A stretch of DNA of 14,576 bases from Candidatus Thorarchaeota archaeon (lineage in GTDB: Archaea; Asgardarchaeota; Thorarchaeia; Thorarchaeales; Thorarchaeaceae), in NCBI GenBank assembly GCA_038893995.1, contig JAWAQK010000055.1, positions 1-14,576 on the forward strand, in the 5' to 3' direction. Position numbers and translations under genes: made by a program. Of the stretch, positions 1 to 7,727 are shown in pieces. The notes under the pieces are model-generated. The model ran no database searches, had not been told where the DNA came from, and worked only from the letters and a program-made list of their open reading frames with translations. Position 1 is the stretch's first letter, and every line of letters begins with the position of its first letter.

Positions 1-1081
1 TCTGGTATAGCTTCGCATCCCGAAACAACTTCTCGAGAGGGTATTGGTCAATGTAGCCATATCCACCGTGTATCTGGACAGCCTCACTGGCCACCCACAT
101 TGCTGCATCAGTGGCAAAGGCCTTTGCCACACTCGCGGGAATGGTTGAATCCTCCCCTGAATCGGCCACCCATGCTGCTTTCATGTATAGCATCCGGGAA
201 GCCTCAATCTTGATGTACATATCAGCCAGCTTGAACTGGATGACCTGAAAATTCCGTATCTTCTCTCCAAATGCCTCACGGCGATTTACATACTCTCGAG
301 CGTACTCCATAGCAGCTCTAGCAACACCAGTGGCAAAGGCAGCTATAGCAGGCCTGGTGGCAGCGAAAGTCATCATGGCTATCCGAAAGCCCTCTCCCTC
401 CCGACCCAACAGATTCTCCTCTGGGACCTCGACGTCTCTGAGCATCACGGAAGATGTGACTGAGGCCCTGTGACCCATCTTGGCGACGGGACGTCCAGTC
501 TTCAGACCCGGCGAGTCTGCGTCCACAATGAAGGCACAGAGAGTCTTGTGACGCTTGGTGGGGTCAAGACTTGCGAAGACTACAAAAGTGTCAGCGTAGG
601 GAGCGTTCGTGATCCAGAACTTGCTCCCATTGAGTATGTAGTGGTCGCCAGACTTCCTCGCAGTTGTCTTGATGCCCGCTACATCAGAGCCCATTCCAGG
701 TTCAGAGCATGCGAAAGAAATGAACTTCAGGTCGGCAGTCAGAGGTCTGAGGTATTTCTCTTTCTGTTCGTGATTGCCTGCAATCAGAATCGGTTCCATC
801 CCAAGGCTGTTGACGTAGATGCTTGTCGTCATGCCGGCACATCCAGCGGCCAATTCCTCGACGACAATACACTGGTCGAGTAACCCCAGACCCGGCCCGC
901 CGTACTCCTTTGGGATCGCCAGGTTCATTAGCCCATGTTCCCAGCATTTCCGAATGATTGGCAGGGGAAACTCCCCGGTTGTATCGTAGTAGTGTGCATA
1001 CGGGATCATGTACTCCTGCGCGAAGCGCCGGGCCCTGTCACGAAGCCCAATCTGAGACTCTGTCAGTTTTAGATCAAACAC
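1..1081 (-). CDS. Acyl-CoA dehydrogenase (3' end runs off the window; not in ORF track)
   Basis: Manual translation from GTG at 1081 (SD GAGGT 7 nt upstream) is open to base 1: MFDLKLTESQ...FACSEPGMGSDVAG...LNGSKFWITNAP...KMGHRAS...RREAFGEKIRNFQVIQFKLADM...AVQIHGGYGYIDQYPLEKLFRDAKLYQ. All are hallmark ACAD motifs. Confidence 0.96.
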   Translation of the reverse strand, partial: MFDLKLTESQIGLRDRARRFAQEYMIPYAHYYDTTGEFPLPIIRKCWEHGLMNLAIPKEYGGPGLGLLDQCIVVEELAAGCAGMTTSIYVNSLGMEPILIAGNHEQKEKYLRPLTADLKFISFACSEPGMGSDVAGIKTTARKSGDHYILNGSKFWITNAPYADTFVVFASLDPTKRHKTLCAFIVDADSPGLKTGRPVAKMGHRASVTSSVMLRDVEVPEENLLGREGEGFRIAMMTFAATRPAIAAFATGVARAAMEYAREYVNRREAFGEKIRNFQVIQFKLADMYIKIEASRMLYMKAAWVADSGEDSTIPASVAKAFATDAAMWVASEAVQIHGGYGYIDQYPLEKLFRDAKLYQ

Positions 1082-1105
1082 CAAGCATACCTCAATCCCT
1101 CACTG

Positions 1106-1159
1106 CCTGCGGAGGGTTATCTCATTTGCGAATAGGACCGCAGACAACTTGACCGCAGG
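1106..1159. repeat. Short direct and inverted repeats in the intergenic spacer upstream of the acyl-CoA dehydrogenase
   Basis: GACCGCAG at 1136-1143 and 1151-1158 (direct, 15-bp period). CCTGCGG 1106-1112 and CCGCAGG 1153-1159 form a perfect 7-bp inverted pair. Confidence 0.5.
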
Positions 1160-3436
1160 TCATGACCTTGCTCCTTCTGCCAGAAGATGATTGACTACCT
1201 CGGGCAGGTTCCATTTCAACTCGATATCCAGTGCACCCTTTTCGGGACCAGGACATTTCCTGACACAGGTCCTGCAGGCCACACAAAGCCAGAGGTCTGT
1301 AGTGACCGTACCAAAGCCGGGTTTGTCACTATCGAAACGTACAGTTTCTGACGACTTGGTCACGGCGAGGCCTCGAACGACCCTATAGAGCAGGGCTTTG
1401 TTCGCGGGGAGCTTCTTGATATCATCCTCGGAAATCTCAAAGAATCTGGCAACATCCACCTCTGGCCTCAGGTATATGGCATCTTCGGGACAGGACAATT
1501 CACAGGTCTTGCATCCAATACACCTGCGGTAGTCCCACTTCACTGTTCCAAATCCAATCAGTGGGGCATAACCCATCATGTTGCGGTACTCATCCATGAC
1601 TGTGGGAACATCTATCTCCTTCAGATCGTTCACACTGATCTTCGGTCGTGTAGAGGGAATGTGTGAACGAGTCTGGTAGGCTGCAGCAACGGCCGACTTC
1701 AATGTGGGCTCGATGTCCGAGAGCAGGGCGTCTCCAATCACGACGCCACCAACCCTAGCCTTCGATAGACGGTCACGGGCCTTTGACACGGTTTCAAGAT
1801 CTGTGGCCAACTGGCCCACATTCTCAGGACCCAGACTGACGATGACCTTTCCTATGTTCGAAACCGCTGACATCATGGGGAAGGCCACCTCGCTGACAAG
1901 CTTGATCACAATCTCCGCTTCTGACGGCGTCCTTGGTACGTCATAGATCACGTATCCGTGTGACTCGCCGACAGTAGTGAGTAGCTCGTCCCTCTTCATC
2001 TTGAGTAGGTGTCTGAATACGCGGTCCTGAGGGATCTTGCTCAGTTGGGCCAATTCCTTAGCTGTCGAAGGCCCGTGTTCCCTTATCAAGACCAGAAGAA
2101 GACCGCGCTCAAACTCGTTTGACAGATAAGTGTCCAGTATCTTCTCGTATTGTTCCTTAGTCAGTTTCTGGCCATAGACGTTCGACCCGGATACAAGACT
2201 AGGACCCTTCTCCAGTGCCAGCTTGAGATTGAACTTTGCAAAGGCCTCAAGACCGGCAGATACCAAGAGTCTGAGATCTTCAGCAGATTCAGAAGACATA
2301 GACTTCATTGCGCTCTGCGTCACGAGGTCGGCCAGTTCACGAAGCTTGTTAACACTTGCAGACAGTGAGTTCTCGTCATACTGTCCCAATAACTGCATTC
2401 GCTCACAGATCACCTGAAGTTTCCGGACCATCTGATCCAGTGCCTGCCGCTCGGGCTCTTGTAGGGTCTTCTGAGCACTCTGTAGCTGTGACAACACCCG
2501 TCTTGTAACGAGTGTAGTCGACGGTATAGAGGAAAGGACTCGGCCAAACACCACAGCGCGATCCTCATGCCCAAGTATCTCGACCTCTCCCCGCTGAATC
2601 ATACTCAGGATCTCACGCTGCAATGTCTCGGGCGGAACTCTCAACAGGTTGGACATCTGACGAATAGTACGAGCGCCGATGCGGTCCAGTACAAAGAGCA
2701 TGATTGCTCTCCTGAGCTCGGTCAGCGCATTGTTCCTGACAAGTAGACCGAAGCGTTCGTCTGCGATACGACCCTCTCTTCGACCCCTCTTGATCTGTGC
2801 TGATGTACGCAGCAGAGGGCCATATCGGAGTCTAGCCGCCAGTTTCTGTATTCGTTCGAGTGCTTCCGACGGATCTGCTATGTCAGCTATCTCATGCAAC
2901 TCATCTACGATCCCGACAAGTTCTGTTTCGGAGTCTGCACCAACTCTCTTGGCACTGTTCTCAAGCTCTGACAACGAGCTCTCGATCTGCTGGATGACGC
3001 TCTCAGTTTCGGTCAAGATACGAGAGAGGTCAATCGACATCTCGGACACGGACTGAATGGCCTCGACGTTGTCCTTCTGTTCCAGCTGAAACTTCAGTAG
3101 TTCGATGAGTTTCTGAATGTGTGCGGATTGACTAACGGAAATAGCCTGCTCAAATCCCGCGATCGCCTTGGTCAGGAACTCCCTGTTCCTCAAATCATGT
3201 ACCAGGCCTGACCTCTCAATCGATCTGAGAAATTCCTCGTAGTAGAGATTGGGAAAGGCAACAATTTTGTCGATGAGTGGCTCAAGCGTCTTTCTCAGAG
3301 CCTCGACTTCTTGACTCACCCTAGCCGGAGAAACAGTCGATTCGTCCTTAAGACCACCGAGAAAGAGTATCATATCCATCAGTCTTCGGCGCTTGGGAGG
3401 GATTCCACGGACCTCGGTCTCTGTCCCTGTGATCAT
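1160..3436 (-). CDS. 758-aa helical/coiled-coil protein with two winged-helix-like modules and a C-terminal 2[4Fe-4S] ferredoxin domain
   Basis: CIGCKTCELSCP and CVACRTCVRKCP motifs, each preceded by GFGTV. Two HTH-like segments (GARTIRQMSNLLRVPPETLQREILSM; GPSTAKELAQLSKIPQDRVFRHLLKM). Start moved from 3454 to ATG 3436: GGAGGTG SD upstream and ATGA overlap with the upstream stop. Confidence 0.85.
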   Translation of the reverse strand: MITGTETEVRGIPPKRRRLMDMILFLGGLKDESTVSPARVSQEVEALRKTLEPLIDKIVAFPNLYYEEFLRSIERSGLVHDLRNREFLTKAIAGFEQAISVSQSAHIQKLIELLKFQLEQKDNVEAIQSVSEMSIDLSRILTETESVIQQIESSLSELENSAKRVGADSETELVGIVDELHEIADIADPSEALERIQKLAARLRYGPLLRTSAQIKRGRREGRIADERFGLLVRNNALTELRRAIMLFVLDRIGARTIRQMSNLLRVPPETLQREILSMIQRGEVEILGHEDRAVVFGRVLSSIPSTTLVTRRVLSQLQSAQKTLQEPERQALDQMVRKLQVICERMQLLGQYDENSLSASVNKLRELADLVTQSAMKSMSSESAEDLRLLVSAGLEAFAKFNLKLALEKGPSLVSGSNVYGQKLTKEQYEKILDTYLSNEFERGLLLVLIREHGPSTAKELAQLSKIPQDRVFRHLLKMKRDELLTTVGESHGYVIYDVPRTPSEAEIVIKLVSEVAFPMMSAVSNIGKVIVSLGPENVGQLATDLETVSKARDRLSKARVGGVVIGDALLSDIEPTLKSAVAAAYQTRSHIPSTRPKISVNDLKEIDVPTVMDEYRNMMGYAPLIGFGTVKWDYRRCIGCKTCELSCPEDAIYLRPEVDVARFFEISEDDIKKLPANKALLYRVVRGLAVTKSSETVRFDSDKPGFGTVTTDLWLCVACRTCVRKCPGPEKGALDIELKWNLPEVVNHLLAEGARS

Positions 3437-5589
3437 TGGACCACCTCCATCCACTTTCCAGCGGTCTGCTTGTGAACCGGTGTTGGGCCAAGTTCATGAC
3501 TCCGACGGACCATCTCCTTGACCGCATGGATAAACCGTTCTGGCTCTGCACTGAACATCCGGAACATCTCGACCCTATCTCCGTCCCAGCCAATCGCGTT
3601 GAGAAGGCTTTTCGCTACATCTACCTGTGCCTGGGCAATCTCGTTTCCAGTCCCTCCGTAATGGCACCTATCTTTCTCGCACGCTGCAACCATGACAGTG
3701 CTTGCACCCTGTTCGAAGGCCTTTAGGATGTCAACAAGACTGACCCTGCCGGCACAGGGTACCGGAACGAGCCTCACGTTGTCAGGATACTCCATCCTGC
3801 GGATTCCGACTATGTCAATTGTTGATACAGAACACTCCTCGCAGTAGAAGCAAAGGGTCTTTGGATACTCGGCTCCAGCATTATTAAGCGTCGCCTCAAT
3901 CTGGGCCCAGAGTTGCTCATTTGACAGGAAATTCAACTGGGTCGCTCCGGAGGGACACAGACTCTGGCACACACCACATGCGTGACAATTCATGATATCG
4001 ATAGAAGCACGGGAGACGATCTTATCCTCGTCCGATTCCGCGTCAGATTTTTCAACCATCAGGGGAACGCCCCGGGGACAGTGTTGGGCACAGAGACTAC
4101 ATCCAACACACTCGTCAACATTGAGATTGGCCCCACGTGCCAGATGCTCAATGTGACCACCCTGTAATTCATTATGAATCAACAGTGCTGCGGCGTGTGC
4201 ATCAGTTACGGCCTCGAAGGAGAATTGGGGTCTGGTGATAGCACCCACGGCAACAACGCCACGTCTGCGTGTTTCGTTTCTTCGGAGCTTTCCATACAGC
4301 TCTTGCACATGACCATCCCTGTCAATCGAGAATCCGAGGGTCTGTGATAGTTCTTCCAGTCCCTCGGCGGGAAGTATTGCAGATGACAGGACCACCAGGT
4401 CGGGATGAGCATCGAAGTATCGGTCTAATAGTGAGTCATAGATTCGTACTACGAGTCTATTGTTCTCTCGCCAGACCTGACTGATCCGGCCTCGAATGTA
4501 GTCCACGCCCTTCTCGCGTGACTCCTTGTAGATCATCTCACTCTCAAAGGGGACCCTTATGTCCATGTAGACTATCCGGACCCGTGCTTCGGGTACCCGT
4601 TTCTTGATCTCGAGTGCGTTGTCAATCGCAAATGTGCAACACAGCTTGCTACAGTCGGATTTGTGATCCTGGGACCTGCTGCCTACGCACTGAACCATGA
4701 TGACTTCTCTAGGTTTAGAGCCCGTAGATGGACATACGAGATCTCCTTCTGTCATCATTGTAGCAAGCTCGAGCTGGGTGATCACATCCTCGTCACGGCC
4801 ATACATATACTCGTCCATCATGGTTGGCTTGAACTCCCTGAATCCCGTTGCGAGGACAACAGCTGATGTGGAGAGAGAGCCATCTTCCCCGTTCTCACCG
4901 ACGTAGTGCACCGAAAACGCGCCCATTTCACCCTCAAAGTACTTCACACGGGTTCCCAGCATCACGTTGATTGATTTGGACGCCTGAAGTTGTGACAGCT
5001 TGGGTGACAGTATGTCCCTCCCAGAAAGACCCGTAGGAGCGACCACAGGTAGTTGCAGAAGATGACCTCCCAGCTCACGACCCTTCTCGATGATCGTAAC
5101 GCTGTATCCAAGTCTTGTCAGTGCAAGGGCTGTTTCTATACCAGCAATGCCACCACCAATCACTGTCACATGTCGAGGAACTTCCTTCGTCTTGATAGAG
5201 AGAGGCTCAGACAGTGCACAGGCCGCCACGGTCCCTCGGATCATGTCCAGGGACTTGTCTGTACTGGACGTGATGTCAGGATGCACCCATGCCGAGTGCT
5301 CGCGAATGTTCACATAGTAGACTTGAGTTGAGTCTAGAGACTTGGAGGTGAGATACTGCTCGATCCTGGGTCGAATCTTCTGACTGGTACAGGCGGCAAT
5401 AACAAGTCGTGGATTCTCGGCCACCAGCTCACCGATTCGCGAGAGACCGGTCTCCTGACAAAGTGAATCATGAAGGTCTACACTGCCTGCAATACCATCT
5501 TTTCTGATCGCTGTCCTCAGAGAGTCGAAGTCAAGCCTTAGAGTGTTGCCGCAAGTACACAGGATCACGTTAGGTCTAGCATCTGTCAC
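3433..5589 (-). CDS. hdrA: Heterodisulfide reductase subunit A-like flavoprotein fused to a C-terminal MvhD/FlpD [2Fe-2S] domain (QmoB-like architecture)
   Basis: N-terminal HdrA domain (CTCG, LC, AACT, NIREH-WVH), GGGIAG Rossmann motif, QCVGSR...CSKLCC cluster motif, two CxxCxxCxxxCP motifs, then an MvhD signature (FYCEEC...EYPDNVRLVPVPCAGRV...ILKAFEQGA...AACEKDRCHY). GTG start overlaps the upstream stop (GTGA). Confidence 0.93.
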   Translation of the reverse strand: MTDARPNVILCTCGNTLRLDFDSLRTAIRKDGIAGSVDLHDSLCQETGLSRIGELVAENPRLVIAACTSQKIRPRIEQYLTSKSLDSTQVYYVNIREHSAWVHPDITSSTDKSLDMIRGTVAACALSEPLSIKTKEVPRHVTVIGGGIAGIETALALTRLGYSVTIIEKGRELGGHLLQLPVVAPTGLSGRDILSPKLSQLQASKSINVMLGTRVKYFEGEMGAFSVHYVGENGEDGSLSTSAVVLATGFREFKPTMMDEYMYGRDEDVITQLELATMMTEGDLVCPSTGSKPREVIMVQCVGSRSQDHKSDCSKLCCTFAIDNALEIKKRVPEARVRIVYMDIRVPFESEMIYKESREKGVDYIRGRISQVWRENNRLVVRIYDSLLDRYFDAHPDLVVLSSAILPAEGLEELSQTLGFSIDRDGHVQELYGKLRRNETRRRGVVAVGAITRPQFSFEAVTDAHAAALLIHNELQGGHIEHLARGANLNVDECVGCSLCAQHCPRGVPLMVEKSDAESDEDKIVSRASIDIMNCHACGVCQSLCPSGATQLNFLSNEQLWAQIEATLNNAGAEYPKTLCFYCEECSVSTIDIVGIRRMEYPDNVRLVPVPCAGRVSLVDILKAFEQGASTVMVAACEKDRCHYGGTGNEIAQAQVDVAKSLLNAIGWDGDRVEMFRMFSAEPERFIHAVKEMVRRSHELGPTPVHKQTAGKWMEVVQ

Positions 5590-6848
5590 TGAGAACTACC
5601 ACCTCTGCTCTGAAGAATCCTGCTTACAACCGCCCTCGCCTGGGTCACACTCTCAGGAACTTCGGCAGGGCCGAGCGCGGTTCCGCAGGCGTAGATGCGA
5701 TCACCAACGACAAACTCATCGAGTTGAGTCGCATCCTTTCGGGAAACGAATCCGCTTGCCGATCTGAGGCCCAGCATGTTCACTAGTTCGGATGTCCCCT
5801 CTGATGGCTCGAGCGCTGATGACAGGACCAAGAGGTCTGTATGTATTTTCATGAACTTGTTGAGTAGCGAGTCGTAGACCACAACCAGCACACCGCCACC
5901 CTCCGCCGGAGAAACAGAATGAACCCGACCTCGGACAAAGTCGGCCCCGTCTAGCCTCGCCTGCAGGTAGTATCGCTCGTGTCGTTCGTATGTACGAATG
6001 TCCATATACACTACAGTGACTCTGGAGCACCCTCGCTCTGCCAGAGCTATGTGGGCATGCTTGAGTGCGAAGACACAGCATATCTTGGAACAGTAGGGGT
6101 AGTATCGTTCATCCCTACTACCTACACACTGCACCATCACCATCTTCTGGACTGGTGAACCATCAGATGGTCTTCGCAGGGCCCCTCCAGTAGGACCGTT
6201 GGGATCTAGAAGACGCGCAAGCTCGAGCTGTGTCACAACATCGGGAATCCGGCCATATCCGTACTCATCCATGTTCTTAGGCTGCATCTCGTGATAGCCT
6301 GTTGCAATGACTATGTCCGACACGGTGACCGTGTCTTCCCGTGGTTTCGCAGACAGGTCGATGGCCCTCGTGGGACACTCCTTCTCAGCCTCTCGTGCAG
6401 CCCCATCATTCAGCTCTGGACGATAGACGACTGACTGGGGTTGACACTGCGGGTAAGGCAGGACAAATGCTCTAGACTTCTGAATACAGAGACCACACAT
6501 GGTACATTTCTTGGGATCAACATAGATGGGACCAGACCGCAGTCTCACCTCGAACTCGTCACGCTTCCTGCTGACCGACACGACTACTGTGTCTGTCCTC
6601 AGATCTATGTTGGGTTGATCAACCATGGCGCTCCTATAGAAACACTTTCTGATTCCTGGTCTCCATCGGTTGCCCTCGAAGCAGTAGAAACAGTCGTCTG
6701 TGGGGAAGGCCTTGTAGAGATCTAGTGCGTTGCCTCCCGCCGAAGGCTGCCTGTCAATCAGGATAGTCTTGACACCGGAGTCTGCAAGTTCAACAGCGGC
6801 GGTCAGTCCAGCCACACCTGCTCCAATAATGAGCACGGGGTTGGTCAC
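5586..6848 (-). CDS. hdrA: Short HdrA-like flavoprotein (FAD/thioredoxin-reductase fold with reduced inserted ferredoxin; QmoA-like size)
   Basis: GAGVAG motif, FPTDDCFYC (cf. HdrA FPTLDCxxC), EYGYGRIPDVVTQLE, QCVGSRDE...CSKICC, YMDIRT, ACGTALGP..VPESVTQA. Lacks the HdrA N-terminal domain and C-terminal ferredoxin. Confidence 0.92.
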   Translation of the reverse strand: MTNPVLIIGAGVAGLTAAVELADSGVKTILIDRQPSAGGNALDLYKAFPTDDCFYCFEGNRWRPGIRKCFYRSAMVDQPNIDLRTDTVVVSVSRKRDEFEVRLRSGPIYVDPKKCTMCGLCIQKSRAFVLPYPQCQPQSVVYRPELNDGAAREAEKECPTRAIDLSAKPREDTVTVSDIVIATGYHEMQPKNMDEYGYGRIPDVVTQLELARLLDPNGPTGGALRRPSDGSPVQKMVMVQCVGSRDERYYPYCSKICCVFALKHAHIALAERGCSRVTVVYMDIRTYERHERYYLQARLDGADFVRGRVHSVSPAEGGGVLVVVYDSLLNKFMKIHTDLLVLSSALEPSEGTSELVNMLGLRSASGFVSRKDATQLDEFVVGDRIYACGTALGPAEVPESVTQARAVVSRILQSRGGSSQ

Positions 6849-6860
6849 TTCTCATCCCTC

Positions 6861-7727
6861 TCATCCGGTAAGATGCTCAAGGATCGGTACAGCGGAGACT
6901 CTGTTCATACCGAGACCGACCTGGTTCTCGTCAAGACCCATGGCCAGCCCCAGAATCTGAGGATAGAACAGGACTGGCAGGTTGTACTCCTCACCGTAGC
7001 TTTGTTTGAGCCCGAGCTGCTGAAGGTCCAACTGGTTGCCACATGCAGGACAGACCACTGTTGCAAACTGTGCGCCGTATTCCTTCATGGATCTTATCTT
7101 GTCTCGTGCGAGCCTGATTGCAAGGGGCTCATTCACGGGCAACACTGTGGCTCCACAGCACTGCTTCCACAACGGGTAGTCCACAACCCGAGCCCCGGTG
7201 ACCTCGACCAGTTCGCGAAGTATCTCAGGCCTGAACTCGGTAACATCCTGGGGGCGAAGTAAGTGGCAACCAAAGTGGATCGCAATGCCCACACCATCGA
7301 GGGGTCGTGCTATCTTCTTCCGTATCTCATCAAGACCAACATCCGTATAGATCGCCTCGATTATGTGACGGACCCGTATCTTGCCCTCCACCCTCAGGCC
7401 TTCACCTGCAAGCTCCTCGTTGACAGATCTCATGTCTGACTCACTGTGCTTCAGATGGTGGAGAACATCCTTCAAAGAACCAAAGCAACCATTGCAGGGA
7501 GTCACAATGTCTTTGCCGTTCTTCTCTGCGATGGCCAGTGTCCTTGCATTGACTCTCAACCACCCATTGTAGTCCAGTGCCCGCAGATTTGGGCTTCCGC
7601 AACAGGCCACACCTTCCATGTACTCCAGATCAACGCCGAGAATGCGGGCCACTGCCAACATGGCCGCCTCGTAATTGGGATAGTTGGCTGGGACACTGCA
7701 ACCCATATACAGATTATACGTGGGCAT
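6861..7727 (-). CDS. hdrB: Heterodisulfide reductase subunit B (two CCG domains)
   Basis: YMGC...CCG...TPCNGC and HFGCHLLRP...CCGA...VCPAC..QLD motifs, C-terminal PVLFYPQILGLAMG. ATG directly abuts the hdrC stop, with a GGAGGTG SD. Confidence 0.96.
   Translation of the reverse strand: MPTYNLYMGCSVPANYPNYEAAMLAVARILGVDLEYMEGVACCGSPNLRALDYNGWLRVNARTLAIAEKNGKDIVTPCNGCFGSLKDVLHHLKHSESDMRSVNEELAGEGLRVEGKIRVRHIIEAIYTDVGLDEIRKKIARPLDGVGIAIHFGCHLLRPQDVTEFRPEILRELVEVTGARVVDYPLWKQCCGATVLPVNEPLAIRLARDKIRSMKEYGAQFATVVCPACGNQLDLQQLGLKQSYGEEYNLPVLFYPQILGLAMGLDENQVGLGMNRVSAVPILEHLTG

Noticed and set aside
470-1152. ORF-track entries 470-883 (+), 702-947 (-) and 958-1152 (+)
   Set aside because: Shadow ORFs overlapping the real acyl-CoA dehydrogenase frame; no motifs.
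4763-6230. Shared 14-mer GCAAGCTCGAGCTG in both hdrA genes
   Set aside because: Encodes the homologous QLELA motif in paralogs; not an independent repeat element.
3433-6848. Frameshifted single hdrA or pseudogene
   Set aside because: Each ORF has its own SD, start and a complete FAD-binding fold; they are two paralogs with a standard 4-nt overlap, not fragments.
3433-6848. Calling the pair qmoA/qmoB (sulfate reduction)
   Set aside because: Size and architecture are similar, but the FPTxDCxxC loop and inserted ferredoxin are HdrA-type and no aprAB/sat/qmoC is present; phylogeny is needed.
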